DNA from: Eledone cirrhosa
Lineage: Eukaryota
NCBI GenBank assembly: GCA_964016885.1
Contig: OZ024740.1
Span: 255,130,001 to 255,194,000, forward strand
Length of the DNA: 64,000 nt
Direction: 5' to 3'
Under the pieces are notes generated by a model. That model was not told the DNA's origin. It did no database searches and saw only the letters and a list, made by a program, of their open reading frames with translations. Positions within the stretch are counted from its first letter, which is position 1. Each line of letters opens with the position of its first letter. Positions 41,931 through 56,139 of the stretch are shown here, one piece after another. Made by a program: the position numbers and the translations under genes.

Positions 41931-42800
41931 CCATCATCATTATTATCTTGGTCGTAGTTGTCGCCAACATCCTCACCACCACCACCACTACCACTATCAT
42001 TGTCATCATCATCACATTTATAGTCATCTTCATCTACTCAATTTTCTTCCAGAGACCCCCTGACATTAACCCACACCCTACTAACAAACCATACTCCCCA
42101 CTAAAACCCAATCCCCTTTCTTATCTTTATTTCCTCTTACATTTTCGGGGAGGGGGATCTCCTTCCTCACCCCACCTTTTCCTTTGCTTTTACCCTTCTA
42201 TTTCTCAATTTAACACCCTCCACTTTCTCTCTTTTCTCCTTGCTCTCCTTCTCTCGTTTTTTCCCGTCCTCTACTTTCTTATTCATCTCCCTCTCTCAGT
42301 ATCTCCCTTCCTCTCCTTCCTCTCCCGCTCACGTTATCTCCCTACCTCTCAACAACGTCTTCATACCTTCCTCCTCCTCATCTCCCCTTCCCTTGTGCTT
42401 CAGTTTAACCCCCCTCCCCACCATATCCTTGTACTTCTCATTTTCAAGCCTCTTTCGCTTCTTCTGTTCTCTTCTCATCCCCCTTCACTCGACATATCCC
42501 TTCCTTTCACCACCACCACCCTACTACCTCATATATCAGCCAACCACCCACAAACAGTGCCACAATGTGATTAAAACCCTATCTTTACCCACACTTCACT
42601 ATCCAACCTAATCAATACATTACCCCAGACACTCATCCCTTACCACTGCCACCACCTAGCCCCCAAGCCACCATCACCTTCACCATCACCACCTAAGACT
42701 TCAACACAACAACAACAAGCAACACGACGACGATGTCACCCAGTCACCTAGTCACCTAGCCACTACCACGTATCTATCTATCAGTCTGTCTCTCTGTCTC

Positions 42801-42951
<151 letters not shown>

Positions 42952-43130
42952 GCAAAGAGAGAGATGGATGGATGGATGGGGAGACAGACTGACAAACAGA
43001 CAGACAGATAGATAGATAGATAGATAGATAGATAAGATAGATAGATAAGAAAGATAGATATATAACTAGATAGATAGAGAGACATACAGACAGACATACA
43101 GACTATGTATATATCAATATTTACCGTAAG

Positions 43131-43204
<74 letters not shown>

Positions 43205-43209
<5 letters not shown>

Positions 43210-43720
43210 ATACTTGGGGAGGGTCATATTTGTGTAATATTGCCAGAATTAATAACAGAACACACTCACTGTTTGGTTGGTTTTCGCTTCTCGCTGTCTT
43301 TTATATCTGCAATCTAACTTACTCGGTCCTCAATGTTGCCATTGACTGACCGGCGGTCAAAAATAATACAGATCCAATATAAACACAAACACATATATAT
43401 ATAGTTTAACGGGAGGAAACAATAGCACCACTGATGATGTTGCAGATGTGCAACGAAAGAACTCTGATAGACTATATATATGTGTTTGTGTCTATATTGG
43501 ATCTGTATTATTTTTGACCGCCGGTCAGTCAATGGCAACATTGAGGACCGAATAAATTAGATTACCGATATAAAAGACACAGAAGCGAAAAGCGAAAACC
43601 AACCAAACAGTGAGTGTGTTCTGTTATTAATTCTGGCAATATTACACAAATATGACCCTCCCCAAGTATAACAATATTTGTTTCGACACACGATTTCATA
43701 TAAAAAACCTCGCAAAACTA
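43205..43720 (+). mobile_element. Family E fold-back with HHR (43427-43468)
   Basis: 43205-43404 is inverted against ~43470-43673. CTGATGA T GTTGCA-GATG-TGCAAC GAAA GAAC TC. The tail resembles family A. Confidence 0.8.
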
Positions 43721-44437
43721 TATATATATTATATATATATATATATAATCTTACGGTAAATATTGATGCAATTCAATTCAAGCACTCGACGTATTTTTTC
43801 CACATAGCAAAAAAGGAGTATATTTAGAAGGGGAAAATGCGAAGTAGTTTCAAGTCCTTTACTGATAATGCTGTGATTTCAATGACGACAGTGGCCACAC
43901 GATTCCGTTTCTGTTTGGATTGTCTTGGGAACGTAAAATTATTATATAAGAAACTGTCTGATGATGTCACCAATACGGCGAAAGCTTTGGATAACCAAAG
44001 ATGTGGGTTCAACTCCCATGTACGTCAATACATATCTATACTCAATGTAATAACTGAAGACAGAATAAAAACACACACAAAAAAGACACAGACAGCAAAA
44101 CAGCAAAGGATACACACACATAAAACACACGTAGACAAGACAAACAAAAACAGACACACAGACGCAGGCGCAAACCCATATACAGAAACGCACCACAAAA
44201 CAAACACAAGATGGAGTAGAAGTATAAAACCAGGTAAAAGAGGAGCACAAAACATATTCATTGAGGAGTTCACAGAAAGAACTTTGATAAACAGATGAAT
44301 AATGAACAATAAAGGTACATTGAAAATTATATGGGGCATGTGTTTCTTGCTATTGGCAATATTGGCAACATGACCACCCCTAAATAAAACAATATCGGTT
44401 TCAACACACGATTTTACATCAAGAATCTTGCAGAACA

Positions 44438-44491
<54 letters not shown>

Positions 44492-44542
44492 CACACGCAC
44501 GCACACACACACTCTTATAAATATATATATATATATATATAA

Positions 44543-44575
<33 letters not shown>

Positions 44576-44578
<3 letters not shown>

Positions 44579-45320
44579 TTATGCTTTGGGAAGGTCATGT
44601 TGCCAATAAGAAACACACTCACCAGTTGCTTTCACTTCAATTTATTATAAATTAAATTTATAAATTTAGGAATTTATAAATTTCCGGTTGGTTGGTTCCA
44701 CAACCAGACGATTGCTGATATATTGTCAAAGTTCTTTCGTCACACATTCTGTGACCCCTTCAGTGACTGGGGATTATTTTCTTTGTTTTTGTGCCTCTCC
44801 TTTGTTGTCCTACGCCATCTTGTTTTTGCGTGCGCTGTGTGCTTAGTTTGCGCATCACAACTTACAATTAAGGACAAAATGAAAACACACACATAGAACA
44901 AACAACCAACCGGTAACATGTAAATAAACAAATAAATAAACAGATATAAACACACACAGACACCCGGATGTAACACATGCGCAAACTAAGCGCACAACAC
45001 ACACAAAAACAAAATGGCGTAGGACATAACAAAGGAGAGGCACAAAAACAAAGAAAAGAATCCCCAGTCACTGAAGAGGTCACAGAATGTGTGACGAAAG
45101 AACTTTGACAATATATGAATAATCGCAGCTTGTGGAACCAACCAACCAACCAACCGGAAATTTATAAATTCCTAAATTTATAAATTTAAGTTATAATAAA
45201 TTGAAGTGAAAGCAGTAGTTGCGTGTGTTTCTTATTGGCAACATGACCCTCCCAAAGCATAACAATATCGGTTTCAACACACGTTTTCAGATAAAGAATC
45301 TTGCTAAACAAATTCAGAAA

Positions 45321-45322
<2 letters not shown>
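44576..45322 (+). mobile_element. Non-autonomous fold-back derivative of the intact PLE (family A)
   Basis: 44854-45322 is similar to 11048-11622 (last codons, 3' UTR, HHR, tail). 44576-44854 is an inverted partial copy. Confidence 0.9.
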
Positions 45323-45405
<83 letters not shown>

Positions 45406-45988
45406 CATAAACAGTTGCTGTAAAAGCCACGTCGGTCATATGTCAAGAAGTTTGTATGCCACAAATGGCAGCAAGAAAGCAAGATTTTGTGTCTGGGGGT
45501 GTGGTAGGCCCGACGGTGGACTCGAAGGTTCTGTAAGATGTTTGGGGATGGGGGCGGACAAGAGTGGCATTACGCAGCAGTAGCAGTTGATTATGTTAAT
45601 CTCTTGTATCATTAATCAACTACCCCACCTGTCACGCATTACTATGCCTTTAAAAAATAAATAGCTACTTCTACCGCTCTTGGCTGTGTATGTGTGTGAG
45701 TGAGTGTGAGTGTATGTGTGTGAGTGAGTGTGAATGTATGTGTGTGAGTGCGTGTGTGTGAGTGAGTGTGAGTGCATGTGTGAGAGTGGGTGCCTGTGTA
45801 TGAGTGTGCGTGTGTGAGATTGTGTGTGTGTGTGAGAGTGTGTGTGTGTACGTATGTGTGAGTGTGTGTCTGTGTGTAAGTGTGTGCGTGCTTGTGAAAG
45901 ACTCTGCGTAAAAGTGTGTGTCTATGCATGTGCTTATGGATGTTTATGTGTATGCGTTTCTGCTTGATGATATTACCGTTGTTGATGC

Positions 45989-47322
45989 TGTAACAGTAGT
46001 GGTAGTTGTCACTGTTATTGCTATTGTAGCTCTTGCTGAGTTGTTGTAACAGTAGTGGTAGTTGTCACTGTTATTGCTATTGTAGCTCTTGCTGAGTTGT
46101 TGTAACAGTAGTGGTAGTTGTCACTGTTATTGCTATTGTAGCTCTTGCTGAGTTGTTGTAACAGTAGTGGTAGTTGTCACTGTTATTGCTATTGTAGCTC
46201 TTGCTGAGTTGTTGTAACAGTAGTGGTAGTTGTCACTGTTATTGCTATTGTAGCTCTTGCTGAGTTGTTGTAACAGTAGTGGTAGTTGTCACTGTTATTG
46301 CTATTGTAGCTCTTGTCGAGTTGTTGTAACAGTAGTGGTAGTTGTCACTGTTATTGCTATTGTAGCTCTTGCCGAGTTGTTGTAACAGTAGTGGTAGTTG
46401 TCACTGTTATTGCTATTGTAGCTCTTGCTGAGTTGTTGTAACAGTAGTGGTAGTTGTCACTGTTATTGCTATTGTAGCTCTTGCTGAGTTGTTGTAACAG
46501 TAGTGGTAGTTGTCACTGTTATTGCTATTGTAGCTCTTGTTGAGTTGTTGTAACAGTAGTGGTAGTGTCACTGTTATTGCTATTGTAGCTCTTGCTGAGT
46601 TGTTGTAACAGTAGTGGTAGTTGTCACTGTTATTGCTATTGTAGCTCTTGCTGAGTTGTTGTAACAGTAGTGGTAGTTGTCACTGTTATTGCTATTGTAG
46701 CTCTTGCTGAGTTGTTGTAACAGTAGTGGTAGTTGTCACTGTTATTGCTATTGTAGCTCTTGTTGAGTTGTTGTAACAGTAGTGGTAGTGTCACTGTTAT
46801 TGCTATTGTAGCTCTTGCTGAGTTGTTGTAACAGTAGTGGTAGTTGTCACTGTTATTGCTATTGTAGCTCTTGCTGAGTTGTTGTAACAGTAGTGGTAGT
46901 TGTCACTGTTATTGCTATTGTAGCTCTTGCTGAGTTGTTGTAACAGTAGTGGTAGTTGTCACTGTTATTGCTATTGTAGATCTTGCTGAGTTGTTGTAAC
47001 AGTAGTGGTAGTTGTCACTGTTATTGCTATTGTAGATCTTGCTGAGTTGTTGTAACAGTAGTGGTAGTTGTCACTGTTATTGCTATTGTAGCTCTTGCTG
47101 AGTTGTTGCAACAGTAGTGGTAGTTGTCACTGTTATTGCTATTGTAGATCTTGCTGAGTTGTTGTAACAGTAGTGGTAGTTGTCACTGTTATTGCTATTG
47201 TAGATCTTGCTGAGTTGTTGTAACAGTAGTGGTAGTTGTCACTGTTATTGCTATTGTAGATCTTGCCGAGTTGTTGTAACAGTAGTGGTAGTTGTCACTG
47301 TTATTGCTATTGTAGATCTTGC
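45989..47322. repeat. 56-bp minisatellite, ~24 copies
   Basis: Unit TGTAACAGTAGTGGTAGTTGTCACTGTTATTGCTATTGTAGCTCTTGCTGAGTTGT, with no spacers. Confidence 0.97.
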
Positions 47323-47891
47323 TCTTCTTCATGATTATGATGTCGTACTTTTTGATAACGCGGCTGATGTTGCTGTTGTTGTTATTGCAGTTGATGTTGT
47401 TGTTATTGTTGGTGTTGTTTGTGTTTGTGTGTTATTGTTTTGTTTGAGATGGATTAATGGGAAGAGATATGAGATTGCAGAAGGGAGGGAAAGAAGTGAG
47501 GGGAAACCTGACCGAACACCCCGGGAGCATTTAGTCCGTCCATCGGTTTGTTTGACCACTAAACAGAAGTTCTTCTAATGAGACCACAGATTATGGATAC
47601 ATAAATACACACACACACACTCACACACGTATATATATATATATCTAAATACAACTAAAACTCTGTGATTGTGTCTTCTCTGAAATTTAATATACCCAAA
47701 ATCGCGCATAATGGGTTAAATACTTTGAAAGGATGTTCATCCTGAAATGAGAATACAAGTGGAATAAAACAAGTTTCGCGTAAATCGGAACACGGGTTCC
47801 CAAGATATGGGTTTTTTCCGGGTACTTTCATAAATAGCGAGATATGAAGATAGAGAGAAAGAGATAGTGGTTGTGAGAGAGTAGATTGAAA

Positions 47892-47957
<66 letters not shown>

Positions 47958-47965
47958 TACGCGCG

Positions 47966-48074
<109 letters not shown>

Positions 48075-48582
48075 CTGGTGGCGTTGTTGAAGGAAACTAT
48101 AACAGATGACTTCAGAGAATCAGCATTACTGTATCTCGCTCGAGTTTGTGACTGAATATTAAGTCATAGGTATCATATAGGACCGGGTGTGTGAGGCAAT
48201 TATTTCTTGCTAAATAGGGGAGGGTTTCTATGTGTGTGTATATATGTACATATATATATATATATATATAATTTAATACATTAACAGAGAAAGCTTTAAG
48301 CAATACTCCGACCGACTTCCGTCTCACTCAACAAAACTAGGATATACCTTAGTATAATCCCAATTATACGTTTGGGGTGCTAACTATACGTATTTTGAGG
48401 ATAGCCAGTTGTATTTTTTATGAGACATAATTAAATACATTCCTCTTTCCATGTATATATATATATACATATATATATAGGCCTTCCAATTTCATTTTAC
48501 ATTATATACATGTCTGCGTAAATTTTAATTTTTCTTGAATTATTTTTAAGTGAACGTGACCCAACGGCTCACGCGCAGTATA

Positions 48583-48685
<103 letters not shown>

Positions 48686-48784
48686 TGTGTGTGTGTAGCA
48701 GGCTTGAAAAGCCATATCCGAGTGTGACACATATGAACCTGACAAGCGATTGCAATACACTTAGCGTGAGTTTGCAGCCATCAT

Positions 48785-48816
<32 letters not shown>

Positions 48817-48854
48817 GAATTATAAGAATCAAAGAACTGTTCAAAACATATTTA

Positions 48855-48898
48855 TGCTTACAACTGTTTCCTCCAAACCGTTTGGATTCTTCAGAGCA
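48855..48898 (-). ncRNA. Type I HHR
   Basis: Minus: TGCT CTGAAGA A TCCAAAC-G-GTTTGGA G GAAA CAGTTG TA AGCA. Confidence 0.75.
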
Positions 48899-49046
48899 AT
48901 TTATTATTGAATGAACACTTATATGACCTCCTTTTCACCCAAGAGACATACTTACTGGTAATAAGGTAGTACTATTTAGGGTTTATAAAAATATATATAA
49001 CTACAAAAGGTTTTTGCATTTGCATAACCATAAATAGTATAATCAA

Positions 49047-49107
<61 letters not shown>

Positions 49108-49283
49108 TAAAAAGGAAAAGAAAATGTTGACAAATTTTTCCCAGTGAAAAATAGTTTAATTAGGAATAATTATAAATTAGTAATAAGTATTAGTTAGTAT
49201 TCAGTTTTAGGTTTAAGTATTTACCGGATGCGCATTTCTTATGCTTTTCAAAATTAATTTTTGGATATATATATATACATATA

Positions 49284-49337
<54 letters not shown>

Positions 49338-49338
<1 letters not shown>

Positions 49339-49771
49339 GATATTAACAAATGGAAACTATATTTATAAAACCATATTTATTTCATTATACATATTTCAAG
49401 GACACCAAGTTAAATTATGGTGTGCTTTCATCAGATAAAATATAATATAGACCAGTTTTATAAATAAATATTGACATACCCTTAAAGAATGCAACCATTA
49501 CTGTTGGAAGCTCCCGGATAGTAATGGTTGCATTCTTTAAGGGTATGTCAATATTTATTTATAAAACTGCTCTATATTATATTTTATCTGATGAAAGCAC
49601 ACCATAATTTAACTTGGTGTTCTTGAAATATGTATAATGAAATAAATATGGTTTTATAAATATAGTTTCCATTTGTTAATATCGTATTTTTACTCCAAAT
49701 ATTTGTTGAGTGCTTTATATCAGTTATAAAAATATTTGCTTGCTGTATCCCAACAATTTAAATAGAACTTT

Positions 49772-49775
<4 letters not shown>
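49338..49775 (+). mobile_element. Family D fold-back with HHRs (49580-49644 +, 49378-49442 -)
   Basis: Palindrome centred at ~49510 plus a ~90-nt tail. Related to 26245-26692. Confidence 0.85.
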
Positions 49776-49813
<38 letters not shown>

Positions 49814-50043
49814 TAAACTCAAATAGTCTTTTACAATTAAATAGCTCAAAGTAAGGAATATTTCTGAGCCGTGTAATACAAATGAATATATGATTGGGAT
49901 AAACACTAATTAATTATGATAGGGATAAAAATACTAAATACTAATTAATATTAATTAGTATTTTTCAATCTAGCTAACTTGGTCATTTCCAATGCACACG
50001 CATGTATACTTGTATCAGTGTTTATCCCTTTCCTATATTCATT

Positions 50044-50127
<84 letters not shown>

Positions 50128-50146
50128 TATATACATATATATATAC

Positions 50147-50178
<32 letters not shown>

Positions 50179-50278
50179 CAAAATTATTTTTGAAAAGCAT
50201 AAGAAATGCGCAACCGGAAAAATTTGTCAGCATTTTTTTTTTTTCTACTAATATATCACAACTCGTGTGTCACACCTC

Positions 50279-50351
<73 letters not shown>

Positions 50352-50357
<6 letters not shown>

Positions 50358-51289
50358 ATTATGAAGAGAGAAGAAACATTAGATATAATTAGTAATAAGA
50401 TATATCATACCTAGCTGCTTCTATAGTCCCCGACTACGTAGTTTCGTGGCATATTATGCAAAAAACACTTTATCATAGAGATATAGAGTTTTTGTGAGGT
50501 TCTGCCGACTTATCAAAGGGATACCTCATTAAGGATTTCAAAACTCGTCTGTAATGCGCGAGATAGAATCTCGAAAAGGCGGAGGGAATGTCAATCACGT
50601 GATACAGCGGTCAAGAAACAGAGCTAAGCCCCTTATAACCCTGAAAAAAATACCACGGAAGCGGAGGGGGTATTCATATCAAAGCCGTAGAAGAGGTGGT
50701 TTGAGGAGGCGAGAAGTATGAGTAATGGTAGCTATCCAGCAGTCACTACACTTCAAAGGTTACTCGACCAAAGGGAGTTATAAACAATATATAGAGAGAA
50801 ACACGCAGATACATGCGGACACATACATATACATGAATATATCCACACATATCCGCCTCCGTGGTATTTTTTTCAGGGTTATAAGGGGCTTAGCTCTGTT
50901 TCTTGACCGCTGTATCACGTGATTGACTCTCCCTCCGCCTTTTCGAGATTCTATCTCGCGCATTACAGACGTGTTTTGAAATCCTTAATGAGGTATCCCT
51001 TTGATAAGTCGGCAGAACCTCACAAAAACTCTATATCTCTATGATCAAGTGTTTTTGAATAATATGCCACGAAACTACGTAGTCGGGACTATAGAAGCAG
51101 CTAGGTATGATATATCTTATTACTAATTATATCTAATGTTTCTTCTCTCTTCATAATGTACTATATAGTCTGATGCTGAATCAGTCTAATTCATTCGGAT
51201 TGTTTTGTCCCGGTTATTCATAAAGCAACATCGGTTGAGGCTGGCACCACTAACTCAGGGATATGTGTGGATATATTCATGTATATGTG

Positions 51290-51295
<6 letters not shown>
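50352..51295. mobile_element. Family F (diverged) fold-back with two U3-A8 HHRs (50427-50521 -, 50996-51089 +)
   Basis: 50352-50665 is inverted against 50853-51165. TCCCT TTGATAA GTCGGCA...TGCCAC GAAA CTACGTAG TC GGG(G)A. Confidence 0.8.
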
Positions 51296-51349
<54 letters not shown>

Positions 51350-51350
<1 letters not shown>

Positions 51351-54300
51351 TCAGGTTTGAGGTTCACCACTGTATAGAGCTGGTCTATTCCGTATGGTCA
51401 ATCGTAATGCAATAATATAGAGAGTACTCAACGTAAAGCAGTTCAACCGTCTTTGTTTTTGTAGTTGGTGGTGCTATTACGGAGTTAAATATTATAATGA
51501 AATGACAGGAGGCTGGATTTGTGTAAATCCTTGAAAGGTTTATTATACTATGATCATTTCAATGACCGGGTTCCGTATGAATCCGGTGATATCATCAGGT
51601 ATTCGAAATATAATACGTGAATGTAATAGATAAAATCCATGGGGCTGAAAATCGAGGACCCGAGGGCGACCGCTATTCTGTTCCTTCAACCTCAGCCGGT
51701 CGCCCTGGAGTGACGTGGCTAAAGTTTATAGTATGCTACTACCGGTCAGATAAACGAAAACAGAAAGGGATGGGAGCATAAGTTAACGTCGATCTCATGA
51801 CACAAGGTAAAAGAAAGAAAGAAAGGAAGGAGAGAGAAGAAGGGGGAAGAAAGAAGAAGAGAAGCCAGGGTTAATGTCAGCTAAAAGAAGAAAGGCAATT
51901 ACTACCGGTCAGATATAGGCAAGCAAGAGGGGGAAGGAAGATAAGTCTGCGGGAGGAAGACAGGAAGAGGGGAGAAGAGAAGGAAGAGAAGAGAGAAGTA
52001 GAAAAGTAAGGGTTGATGGCTACAAGAAGGAAGATAGAAAGAAAGAGGAAGAAAGGTCGATATTAATGTCAGACCACAGTCAAGCCAGGAGTGGCGCGAG
52101 AAAATGTTCACAGGGACCCGCATCTTAGCAGAGGTGAATATATTGGGAGTCAGTGTGTTACTTCTAGGATGAAGTTAAAAAAATTAATAATCAATATTCA
52201 ATATTAAAGAGGTTAGAAAATTTAAAGTTCAACAGTTTAACATTTTATTATATAATAGTTCCGATTTGTTCTGTAATTTAAGGGTACTATGTGGCGGTTA
52301 AAACACCGGCCGCGCCCCGGGCCCCATGGCGAATTAAGCTACGCCGAGTATTTTCATTTACTGAAAGTGAAGGAACAGAATAGCGGTCGCCCTCGGGTCC
52401 TCGATTTTCAGCCCCATGGATTTTATCTATTACATTCACGTATTATATTTCGAATACCTGATGATATCACCGGATTCATACGGAACCCGGTCATTGAAAT
52501 GATCATAGTATTATAAACCTTTCAAGGATTTACACAAATCCAGCCTCCTGTCATTTCATTATAATATTTAACTCCGTAATAGCACCACCAACTACAAAAA
52601 CAAAGACGGTTGAACTGCTTTACGTTGAGTACTCTCTATATTATTGCATTACGATTGACCATACGGAATAGACCAGCTATATACAGTGGTGAACCTCAAA
52701 CCTGAATAAATAATGCTCCTGAAATGTTGAGCACTCCAAAATGTAATAATGAACAGCGGCATGGGATTGAATATATCTAACCACAATTCGAACTTTGGCT
52801 ACCCGGTGTTTTCGCCTGGCCCATTGCAGTCAGATAATGCTATATGCATTATCTGACTGCAACTTGAACTATATTGTATTTCTCCTGTGTCTTGAACTCT
52901 CCATTTAATAGACAACGACTCTTTGTTTATTTATATCTTTACATCTTTATTTGCTGTATTAATGCTCCTCCACGTATTCTACCTCTATACATCCATGTAC
53001 TTTCTACTTCCCTTATTCGGACTTTTACTCGCGTGTACCCTTAGCACACGTCACTGGAATATCTCCCCCTGGGAACATAAATACCGCAACCTGAACTATA
53101 TTGTATTTCTCCTGTGTCTTGAACTCTACATTTACTAGACAACGACTTTTGTTTGTTTATCTATATCTTCACATCTTTGTTTGCTATATTAATGCCTTTC
53201 CACGTACTCTACCTCTATACATCCATGTACTTTTTACTCCCCTTATTCGGACTTTTACTCGCGTGCACCCTTAGCACACGACACAGGATTGCCCCCCCCC
53301 CCCGGGAACATAAATACTGCAACCTGAACTATATTGTAATTCTCCTATGTCTTGATTTCTCCATCTTACTCCAACACCACTCTTGTTGGTTTATTTACAT
53401 GTTTATACCTATATATTGATATGTTTATATATTTATACCTCTGCTGTACCAATGTGCTCTTCCACGTATTCCACTTCTATGTATCCATGTATTTCTACTC
53501 CTCACATTGGGACCTGTACCCATTAGCACACGTCACTGGAATGTCTCCTCCTGAGAACAAAAATTAAACATTACACGACTATATCCCGTACTCTACATCC
53601 CACTAGGATAAATTACAGATCTACATAATACAATTAACGTTTCTTCATAAAAGACTCTATTTAATTAAACCTCGCAACCCAAAACCTCATAGAAGTTATT
53701 TGAATGTTTAATCTTCAATTTTCTGTTTGTTCAATTCTCAATCTTCTTACTCCTTAGTTTTATAATGTTATTCTGAATTCTTTCAACTTCATCCGATAGA
53801 GTTAAGCAAAATTCTAAAGTTCCAACTTTCTGTCGGACCGTTGGGTGGGTTTTAGCGGCGGCGCAACCGGCTCCCTGGCGAACGAGCTCACCTGGAGTGC
53901 TTGGAAAAATAAATTTCCCCTTCTTTCGGTAAATGAAAATACTCAGCGTGGCTTAATTCGCCATGGGGCCCGGAGCGCGGCCGGTGTTTTAACCGCCAAA
54001 TAGTACCTTTAAATTACAGAACAAATCGGAACTATTAGATATATCAACCTGAAACTGTTGAGCTTTAAATTTTCTAACCTCTTTAATATGGAATATTGAT
54101 TACTAATTTTTTAACTTCATCCTATAAGTCTAAACATTGTAACACACTGACCCCCAATATATTCACCTCTGCTAAGATGCGGGTCCCTGTGAAAATTTTG
54201 TCGCGCCACTCCTGGCCCGACTGTGGTGTGACATTAATATCGACCTTTCTTCCTCTCTCTTTCTATCTTCCTTCTTGTAGCTATCAACCATTACTCTTTT

Positions 54301-54976
54301 ACTTCTCTAAGCAAAATTTTAAAGTTCCAACTTTCTGTCGGACTGTTGGGTGGGTTTTAATGGCGGCGCGACCAGCTCCCTGGCGAACGAGCTCACCTGG
54401 AGTGCTTGGAAAAATAAATTTCCCCTTCTTTCAGTAAATGAAAATACTCGGCGTAGCTTAATTCGCCATGGGGCCCGGGGCGCGGCTGGTGTTTTAACCG
54501 CCACATAGTACCCTTAAATTACAGCACAAATCGGAACTATTATATAATAAAATGTTAAACTGTTGAACTTTAAATTTTCTAACCTCTTTAATATTGAATA
54601 TTGATTATTAATTTTTTTAACTTCATCCTAGAAGTCTAAACACTGTAACACACTGACTCCCAATATATTCACCTCTGCTAAGATGCGGGTCCCTGTGAAC
54701 ATCTTCTCGCGCCACTCCTGGCTTGACTGTGGTCTGACATTAATATCGACCTTTCTTCCTATTTCTTTCTATCTTCCTTCTTGTAGCCATCAACCCTTAC
54801 TTTTCTACTTCTCTCTTCTCTTCCTTCTCTTCTCCCCTCTTCCTGTCTTCCTCCCGCAGACTTATCTTCCTTCCCCCTCTTGCTTGCCTATATCTGACCG
54901 GTAGTAGTTGCCTTTCTTCTTTTAGCTGACATTACCCCTGGCTTCTCTTCTTCTTTCTTCCCTCTTCTTCTCTCTC

Positions 54977-55071
<95 letters not shown>

Positions 55072-55388
55072 TTACCTTGTGTCATGAGATCGACGTTAAC
55101 TTATGCTCCCATCCCTTTCTGTTTTCGTTTATCTGACCGGTAGTAGCATACTATAAACTTTAGCCACGTCACTCCAGGGCGACCGGCTGAGGTTGAAGGA
55201 ACAGAATAGCGGTCGCCCTCGGGTCCTCGATTTTCAGCCCCATGGATTTTATCTATTACATTCACGTATTATATTTCGAATACCTGATGATATCACCGGA
55301 TTCATACGGAACCCGGTCATTGAAATGATCATAGTATAATAAACCTTTCAAGGATTTACACAAATCCAGCCTCCTGTCATTTCATTAT
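51350..55388. mobile_element. 4-kb non-coding composite element with ~0.9-kb terminal inverted arms, three HHR-bearing pLTR-like segments and internal tandem duplications
   Basis: 51495-52365 is inverted against 54432-55388, and 52368-52707 against 51352-51690. ~230-bp triplication at 52860-53565 and ~500-bp duplication at 53805-54810. Confidence 0.8.
52453..52512 (+). ncRNA. Type I HHR (copies 55280-55337 +, 51545-51602 -)
   Basis: AATAC CTGATGA T ATCACCGGATTC-ATACG-GAACCCGGTCAT T GAAA TGATCA TA GTATT. Confidence 0.8.
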
Positions 55389-55409
55389 ATATATATATAT
55401 ATATATATA

Positions 55410-55596
55410 ACGGACGAAATGTGGTAAGGAACCTGGTGGACCATAACGCACCAAAGTACTCAATACTTAGGGTAGTAAAGTGGGTAATAGGAACGAGTTG
55501 GACCCCGACGGCTGAGCTCAAGCCGTTTCGACGGCTAATTCTGGACGAATTAGCCGTAGAAACGGCTTGAGCTCAGCCGTCGGGGTCCAACTCGTT

Positions 55597-55601
<5 letters not shown>
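55410..55601. mobile_element. Short fold-back element: ~55-bp near-perfect hairpin plus tail
   Basis: 55487-55541 is inverted against 55547-55601 with a 5-nt loop. The tail carries AAGTACTCAATA. Confidence 0.65.
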
Positions 55602-55660
<59 letters not shown>

Positions 55661-55759
55661 TAAATAAGAAAGGGTAATATTTTGTATTACCCAATTACCA
55701 GAAAAAACAATTAGCTCAATGTAAAATATCAGATTATTACAGAGCAGCTAATTGAAATT

Positions 55760-56130
55760 GAAAGCTAATTGAAATAAAAAAAGTGGTACCTCAAGGCCGT
55801 TACAATACCAGTCATTGTGGGAGCACTGGGAATGATCAAGAAAGGAACAGAACAGTATTTGAGGATGATTCCTGGTTTACCCTCTCTGCAAGAGGTGCAA
55901 AAAATTGTTTTGACTGGTAGTGCACACGTATTAAGAAGAACACTATCTCTTTGAGAATGATATCGTCCCCCTTCCCTCTTGTGTGGATGTGTGTGTGAGT
56001 AGAGCACTATCTCTGTAAGATTATATCCCGCTGTAAGAATGATAAGCTGTATTCAATGTGGTGTATTAACTGGCTTACCAATGTATACAATGCATTTATT
56101 TGCCCTAGGAGTCAGGAAAACACTCGGCAA
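55760..56130 (+). mobile_element. Dong/R4-like LINE 3' end
   Basis: AVTIPVIVGALGMIKKGTEQYLRMIPGLPSLQEVQKIVLTGSAHVLRRTLSL*. Confidence 0.8.
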
Positions 56131-56139
56131 TATCAGAAA

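Noticed and set aside
45989-47322. CRISPR-like regular array
   Set aside because: Units are contiguous and near-identical with no unique spacers or cas genes, and the context is eukaryotic.
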